Of a stretch of DNA of 64,000 nt, positions 56,561 to 64,000 are shown in pieces. Numbering within the stretch: the first letter of the stretch is position 1; each line of letters opens with the position of its first letter. The notes beneath the pieces are model-generated. The model did no database searches. It was not told the origin of the DNA and saw nothing but the letters and a program-made list of their open reading frames with translations. The stretch is from assembly GCF_009914755.1 (NCBI RefSeq), contig NC_060930.1; one strand, 5' to 3'. The position numbers and the translations under genes are program-made. This stretch comes from the human T2T-CHM13v2.0 reference genome, Homo sapiens.

Positions 56561-57006
56561 TGTATTACTCTGCTTAGGCTGTCATTACAAAATACTGTTG
56601 ACTGGGTGGTTTAAGCAGCAGAAATTTAGTTTTGCAGAGTTTTGGAGGCTAGAAGTCCCAGATCAAGGTGCCAGATGATTCAGTTCCTTGGGAGGTCTCT
56701 TTTCCTGGATTACAGATAGCTACCTTTTTGCTCTGTCCTCACACAGCCTTTCTTCTCTGTTCGTTGTGGTGGAGGGGGATCTCTCTCTGTCTCTCCTCCC
56801 TCCTCCTCCTCCTCTTCCTCCTCCTCCTCGTCCTTCGTCCTTCTCTTCCTCCTCCTCCTCCAGTTTTATTAGATTGAGACCTCACTTTATGACCATATTT
56901 AACCTCAATTATCTCCTAAAAGTCCTACCTCCAAATATAGTCACATTAAAGTTTAGAGCTTCAACATCTGAATTTGGGGACAGCGTGTACAATTAAGTCC
57001 ACAGCA
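56561..57006 (-). mobile_element. MLT1A0/MLT1B-like solo LTR with an internal (CCT)n expansion
   Basis: TG...CA ends; GGAGGCTAGAAGTCCCAGATCAAGGTGCC; perfect 5-bp TSD AAGCC. Confidence 0.9.
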
Positions 57007-58472
57007 AAGCCTCTTTCTGTGTTGCCACAGAAAAAGGGGAGACCCACATTCTACCATCACAGAAATCAGAAATAGGTCACAAAAATACTCTGCTGTCTTT
57101 TAACTTTTCCATTTCCTACAAGCACAGTTCATTGTTTAAACTATGCATCTTCAAACCTTCAAGCAAGACACAGTCACAGTGTGTCTTCCAAGATATGGAG
57201 ATTTATTAATACATGAAAATAACTCAAAATGTCAAATAAAAGTGCCTTGAAACCTAGGTCCTTTTATGTAGCTGATGTTTAGACAGCTTCTTCTGTTACT
57301 GGAGCCCACTTGGTTGCTGGCCACTCATCCTTGTCCACTCCAGTAGCTTTCCTGTGACTGAGTATGTGCTTGAGTGCTTCTCATTACAAGCAAGCCACTC
57401 TGATGTTTATGTTCATTGCTGGCCTGGCCTCTGACTCTTCTTTTCCTAAAATACTAAGATTTGCTACTTCTCCCTTCCTATCTGGCATCAACAAATCTTT
57501 GAGGCACTTTTTTCCAGATTTAGGTACTTTCCTAATATAAGCAACATATCTACTTTTTAAAAGTTATTTATCAAATTTTGAAATTTCAGAAGTTTCAGGT
57601 ATTTATTTATTTTTGTAAATAGTTGGCACATTTCCTAACTTGGTTTATAGTTCTCGGATCCCCTAAATAGCAATTAAGTTTCTGATATTCCTTTCCAGAA
57701 GCAAACACACACTATTAATAAAACAGAGTATGTGTTTGTTTATATGTCCTATTGCCTCTATCCTCAGAAGTTGGAGACTTCTGAAGATACAGGCAATAGC
57801 ATATATAAACACACACAAAAAAGCCAGGACATCTCCTGTGTTGGTATTGTGTATTATTATTATCTATATATTCTTTAGTTGGTATTATCTATATATTATT
57901 TAGATGGGTTTCAGTCAGTGAATAAGGTTCCTACTGGATGCCCAAAACGTCAGCGGGCATTCAGGTGAAGGCCCAAATTCTGACATATTTGTTGCCTTTT
58001 GCTTTAGCCATTCAGATAGCTCCTGGTGGAAAAACCTAGGTCTATAGTTGTGATTTCTGAGACTCCGTGTAGGAGCTGCAGGAACTCTGAATGGAAGGCT
58101 GAGTTGTGAAAACACTCAGGCCCAGGGCTGAGATTTCTCATCAGCAGGTATACCAAGAATCCAGCCTGGTGCTTTTCAGCCCTCAGCAAAATGCCTGCAT
58201 TCCTTTAATCCTAGTGATGACATATGAGTAATCACTCATTAACACCAAGAACATTTGCTATTTCTCTGTTGGCACTGTGAGGGCGACAACTAACAGGCTT
58301 TTCTCCCTTGATATAAGAACCCATGAAGAAATGCAGAATAGTCAATTAAGTTGCCATTAAAAAGAAATCATTCTTTGTGGTAATCTTTGTAAAGGTTTCC
58401 TATATCTGTCTAGAAAGTTTAGGTTTGAAAGCACTTGGAAGGTCAAGAAAACAATTAGTACATGTTGAGTTT

Positions 58473-58474
<2 letters not shown>

Positions 58475-58514
<40 letters not shown>
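58475..58514. repeat. (GT)20 microsatellite at the Alu tail position
   Basis: 40 bp of uninterrupted GT repeat. Confidence 0.97.
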
Positions 58515-58515
<1 letters not shown>

Positions 58516-58813
58516 CTGAGACAAGGTCTTGCTCTGTTGCCCAGGCTGGAGTGTAGTGCTGTGATCATAGCTCACTACAGCCTTGAACTCCTGGGCTCAA
58601 GTGATCCTCTCATCTCAATTTCCCAAATATCTGGGACTCACAAGGGCACACAACAGCACCCAGCTTATTATTATAATTTGTAACTCTTTTTTTTGTAGAC
58701 ACGAGGGTCTTGCTTTATTGCCCAGGCTGGTCTCGAACTCCTGTCCTCAAGTGCTCATGCACTCCTTCTGAGCTGGCCTCCCAAAGTGTTGGGATTACAG
58801 GTGTCACTGGGCC
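58515..58813 (-). mobile_element. AluJ
   Basis: GATCATAGCTCACTACAGCCTTGAACTCCTGGGCTCAAG is J-type; CATGTT on both flanks. Confidence 0.93.
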
Positions 58814-61084
58814 CATGTTAATTGTTTATTGTTTGTCCAACACATGACGTATGCAATATATTTTCCATATGAATGTAATGACATACACACGATTGAGGTT
58901 TAAAATCCGTTCTTTCTGTTTATGCACATATGATTTAAAAAATATTTCTCCCTTGTGACAAAGGGCATAAGATACATACGTGGAGGTCAGTCTAAAGCAA
59001 GGAACAGACATTTATAATCTGTATGGAAACTTAACTAATGGTTATAGCATTCAAAAATGATGACCCACTTTTCCAGATAATCATCTCAATCTCAAATTAA
59101 GGAAAGAAATCCTGTTCTGATACTGTTCTTCACTTGAATGTGTTTCTTGTCAAAGTGTCAGAGGTTTTATTTCTTTTCTCTTTATGGCCTTAGCCAGGAT
59201 ACAGTACTGATATGAGGCATTTGTTTTAATAACCTGGTAAAAGTTAATGCAGTGTATAATAGACTCTGAATGGGTTTGTCTTGAGCAGTCCTCATTCACT
59301 TGCAGATAGGACATGTGATTTGCAGAGACAGTACTGAAAAGGAACTGTGTTGGGTTGAGATCTGATGCTGTCTTTTTAGCCACAGTCCTAGCAATGTTTT
59401 CTGTTTTAACTTTTCTCAAGTGGCATTAGCCACTGAAAGTATTAGAGAGAGAGAGACGTGGTGACATTTCAAATTTTAGTTGTCATATTTCACCATTGGT
59501 GAACCTTACTTTTTTGCAAAATATACTTATCTCCTCTTTCCTAAGGGTTAACCGCAGAAGATTCTAAATTGATTCAACTCTCTACTCCCAACCTCTCAGG
59601 TACAGTCTAATTTACACACTACATTACAGCATTTCTCATTTCGTCCTCTTTGGTAGGACATTCTGAGGGAAATTGTTGAGTAAGGCCTATTATCCTTTTT
59701 ACCATTCTATCTATCACTGGTCATTCCATCCTCCCAATAACCCCTGCTACCAGAGAGCCTCCCTACCACATGCTAGTTTCTCAGGGAATGCTCTTCCCTA
59801 GAACTTCTGGATTCTTCTCCTTTCTCGGTAAATGACCCGTTTCCTTGATTCCAGGCCCTGTCCACAGCTGCATGGCAGCAATGGGCTTAATCAAAGAGAG
59901 CAACTTCAGTTAATGGAGAACCAAGCTGATTTTTTCCCCTCTCCTGGGTGATCTGCTGCGTTTAATGCCTTGACTCAGTAAAAAGCACTTGTCTCAGAAG
60001 GCCCCTGTGGAATGTAGAAATTAGAGCTGGTAGGAAAGGTATTTTTCTTTCCCATAGGCCTAATTGGTTTCTACAAATACTACTCAACAGAGAGAGATCA
60101 GAAGGAGGCAAGCCAGCCCCCACAGTGAGGACTGAGACGTTTTCTGCTGCTGGATGAGGGGATAACACTGAAGATTGTTTGATTGCCAATGTTGCTGCAC
60201 CATTTTCTTTCTCCAAAAATTTTACACACTTAAAAAATATCGAAACAGCTTAGAACATGTTTTATTATTATTTTGGTTGGGGGAAGAAAGAGATAGGTAT
60301 AGGAATTTTATTGAACTGTGTAATTTAAAATTATAGTTTTTTATGTTAATAAAAATAATGACGGATTTAGTTTATATAAAGCATGTAATGAAATCTGTTA
60401 ACTGCTAAATTTTACTGTTAAATTTTCACTTTCAGTTCCTTCCTCTCCTATACACACACACATATATACACACATGAGAAAAAAAAAACATTTCACAGAA
60501 TAAACAGGACTCTTACAATATAATCAGAAAACTTCCCACCCTTCCCCCCTCCCCCGTACTTCCACACCAGGTTATTCAAAATCCTGTGGTCCTGAGTAAA
60601 ATCTTTAGCAGACTTTCTGTCAATTCTTAGATAATAAGAAGTATTCACAAGAAAATTTATCTCAAGGTAATTAGTTTCATAACTGAAATGTCATGTCGTA
60701 TTTTCTTTTTTGACTGTAACCTCTTTCCTTCTGTAATTCGGACTTGGTTCCCATGGGAAATCTTCATTGGGAAAGATGAGGAAGGCAATTTTGCATCTCT
60801 TTCTTCATTTTGCTCTCCAGTCCTCTCACCCTCCTCTGAGATTAGCAACCTCATCCATATGATGTCCTTTTCACGGCTGTCACAGAGGTCCTGGTGTAAG
60901 CTCAAGGGCACAAATGTTTTTCAATCTCTGATGCTTCAGATCTATTAACATCCCACTGGCCAAAGGAAAAGAAAACAATGCCAATGAGGCAGAAGATCTT
61001 TCAATGGAAGTAAGGGTAGCTGGGGGGACAGTAAATAGTTCTGAAAAGTAATTCCGTATACTATCACTGGGTAGCTCCTCCCCT

Positions 61085-61285
61085 TCAGCCTGAGCTTCAC
61101 AATGAAATTAGGTGGAGCAGAACTGACCGAGGAGCCAACTTCACCTGGTCCACAGCTTAAGACAGAACTGTCCAGCTGACCCCAAACTGACCTCTAGCTG
61201 GCCTGCAGATGTGTGAGAACAATTGCTTATTTTGTGTGCTACTGATTTTGTAGTTACTTGTTATGCAACAATAGATGCCTGATAA
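61085..61285 (+). mobile_element. Old MLT1 (J/K-like) LTR 3' half
   Basis: CCTGCAGATGTGTGAGAA...TGCTTATT...GTTACTTGTTATGCAACAATAGATGCCTGATA. Confidence 0.65.
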
Positions 61286-61789
61286 TGGCAAGACCCACAG
61301 CAACCCAGGCCAACTCATTCTCATATGACCCAGATCTGGTTTACAGGAAATATATACCTTTGCCCCACTCTGGGATTGTTGTTATGTCTCAAATACAGCC
61401 CTCTACTCTATGCTGATAAACTGCTTTGGCCAGTTTTAGACTCATTATAATTATTCAGGTGCAAATCTGTGCCTTGAATTTCTCAGTCACACATCAAGCT
61501 TTCTGAGTGGTCTTCCTGAAAACATCCTCATAAAAGGCTTGAGGAGAAGGGGAAGAACCTTCTACCAGTCCCTATGCTGGAGGACAGTTCAATAAAACTC
61601 CTACACTGCTGCTGGTTGTTCTTGGGACTCAGATGAAATGAGTACTCATCTGAGGTTCAAAAAACTGATATTGGTCACTCCTTTTGCACCTCTGTGACTG
61701 CCTTGAGAATGTGGGACTATTTGCTATTTATGGTTTTGAAACTTTAGTCAGAACTGATACAGAACGATTCCCATTTTCTATCCTGTTAC

Positions 61790-62330
<541 letters not shown>

Positions 62331-62844
62331 TAGTGCCGTATATCCAGTGGACTAAGCTTAAATTTAATTCTTATCATATCTTCTCTCTATTTCCATGTAC
62401 TTTATTCATAACAGCTTTGGTATTTAAAATTTCTCTGTCTTTACCTTTCTATGTATAGAGATTATGATTTTAACTTTTCTTACATATTTGCTCTCAGTGA
62501 GAATAGAGCTTGTTTTATAGTCTAAGTGTCTTATTTTCCTTAAGTCAAGCCAATTGAGAGTAAATTAAAAACAATAAGGGTTTTCACAATGTGCTATATT
62601 TTAATGAAGCAATCACTTTCTTAGATATATCCATTAATCAGGTGTCTAGTGGGTACACAGCATTGTTCTTGGTGCAGAAGAGAATAAAGAAGAATTCTGT
62701 TACTGTCTGTATCACTAAAGGTCTAACTTCTTAGCCGACAATATAGATACACACAAAAATAAATAAATAATAAGATAATTATACAAGAAGTATATAATGG
62801 AACCGTATGAGGTACTAACATTCATTTAAGTTATCACTGTGGCT

Positions 62845-63065
62845 GAGGTACTATGATATATATAGTGTGACCTCCTAATTCAGATTAGAGATTTGAATCA
62901 TTGTTTTGCCATTTATAAAATGGGTGACCTCTTTCAGGAGCCTTATATTTTTAAGGTTCAGGAATTTTGTCATTAAGAAGGGGCTAACAGTGCCATCCTA
63001 AAAGACTTGTGAATTTGACATGTTGTGCCTTAAAGTATAGGAACAAAATATATTGAGGCAATTAT
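62845..63065 (+). mobile_element. Degraded MIR
   Basis: TTTGAATCATTGTTTTGCCATTTAT...GGGTGACCT...AACAGTGCCATCCTAAAAGACTTGTG. Confidence 0.5.
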
Positions 63066-64000
63066 AATTATATTTGAGCAGAGTTAGAAAACCAAATCAG
63101 ATTTGTAAGATCACACCAAATTGTTATTTGATATTATTGAGGTAGTTCAATTTCCTCAAACTTATGTGTACAAAGTAGCCTTGTAAGTATAAAAAAAATT
63201 CTTCACTCACTAGGACTAATTTTGTGTTCCATATACATAAATCTTATGCTATCACGATTTTGGTGTTTTTTCTCAAGGTGAGCATATATAAACAAGAATC
63301 AAGGCTTTTTTTCCGAAATAGTTTACACAATATCTTATGAATAAATAAAATTTGTCATAATATTCTGAAGTTCATTACTTAAAAATAAATCACCCCATCT
63401 TAATGGGTACCAGTGTACACCTACACCATGTGGTTTCAGTCTATTTACAAGTTATAGAAAGAGTGATAAACATAACATCTCCCTAAATATATGCAGAGAT
63501 ATTGACCTCAACTGTCAGGCAATAGACATGAAATTGTTTTCAGTATCCCATGTGTGAGCCTGAATAATTTCATACAGTGTCTATAATAGATTGTAAACTT
63601 TTATATTTCAGCACTTTGAAAAATTTTTGCATAATTATAGAATTGAGTTTTGCTAGACCATCATATTGTAGAGCCCTCTTTTATTCCAATTGTTGAGACT
63701 GATGTAAAGAAATTGAGTTAGCAAACTTGTTTTCATGAAGCTGAAACTTTCAGGCTCATTAATCATGTAGGGGTGTTTTGTGTTTTTTTTCCAAGGTGAA
63801 TGACATTAAATAGGGTAATTATAAAGACCCTTCTTCATGTAGGATTTTTTGTTTGTTTATTTCTAATATGCGTATTATGATATTTAGCAAAGATTTTAAC
63901 CACAGGAGGGATGGGTAGTCACTTTTGTCATTTTCCAGACTGTTCCCTGGACAGTGAGAGCACAAAGGAAATGCACTTACCTTTATATATTCATGACATT

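Noticed and set aside
58008-58146. Possible plus-strand exon (TTTTGCTTTAG...CAG|GTATAC)
   Set aside because: Weak donor, stops in all three frames, and no other support.

Overview
AT-rich, CpG-depleted primate (probably human or ape) genomic DNA that looks intronic or intergenic. I can support no protein-coding gene. The ORFs in the track are chance frames or translations of Alu, L1, L2 and MaLR relics. Much of the window is interspersed repeat: 10 Alus (J, S, Y), L1PA/L1MA/L1MC/L1ME fragments, L2, MIR, ERVL-MaLR LTRs (THE1, MST, MLT1) including a two-LTR element with internal sequence, ERV1 LTRs (MER4, MER57-like), MLT2, LTR16/33, hAT relics and a MADE1. Subfamily names come from my recollection of the consensus sequences and need RepeatMasker/Dfam confirmation; boundaries of old elements are approximate. 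I found no evidence of a new multi-gene system. The three most unusual signals are: (1) a junction at ~36.4 kb containing an exact 30-bp copy of an MLT2 segment 2.35 kb away, plus micro-duplications; (2) an internally deleted L1 carrying a ~370-bp inverted copy of its own sequence; (3) a MADE1 (miR-548-like) hairpin whose arms carry matching changes that keep a perfect 27-bp stem. Weaker leads are candidate non-coding exons and enhancer-like unique segments.
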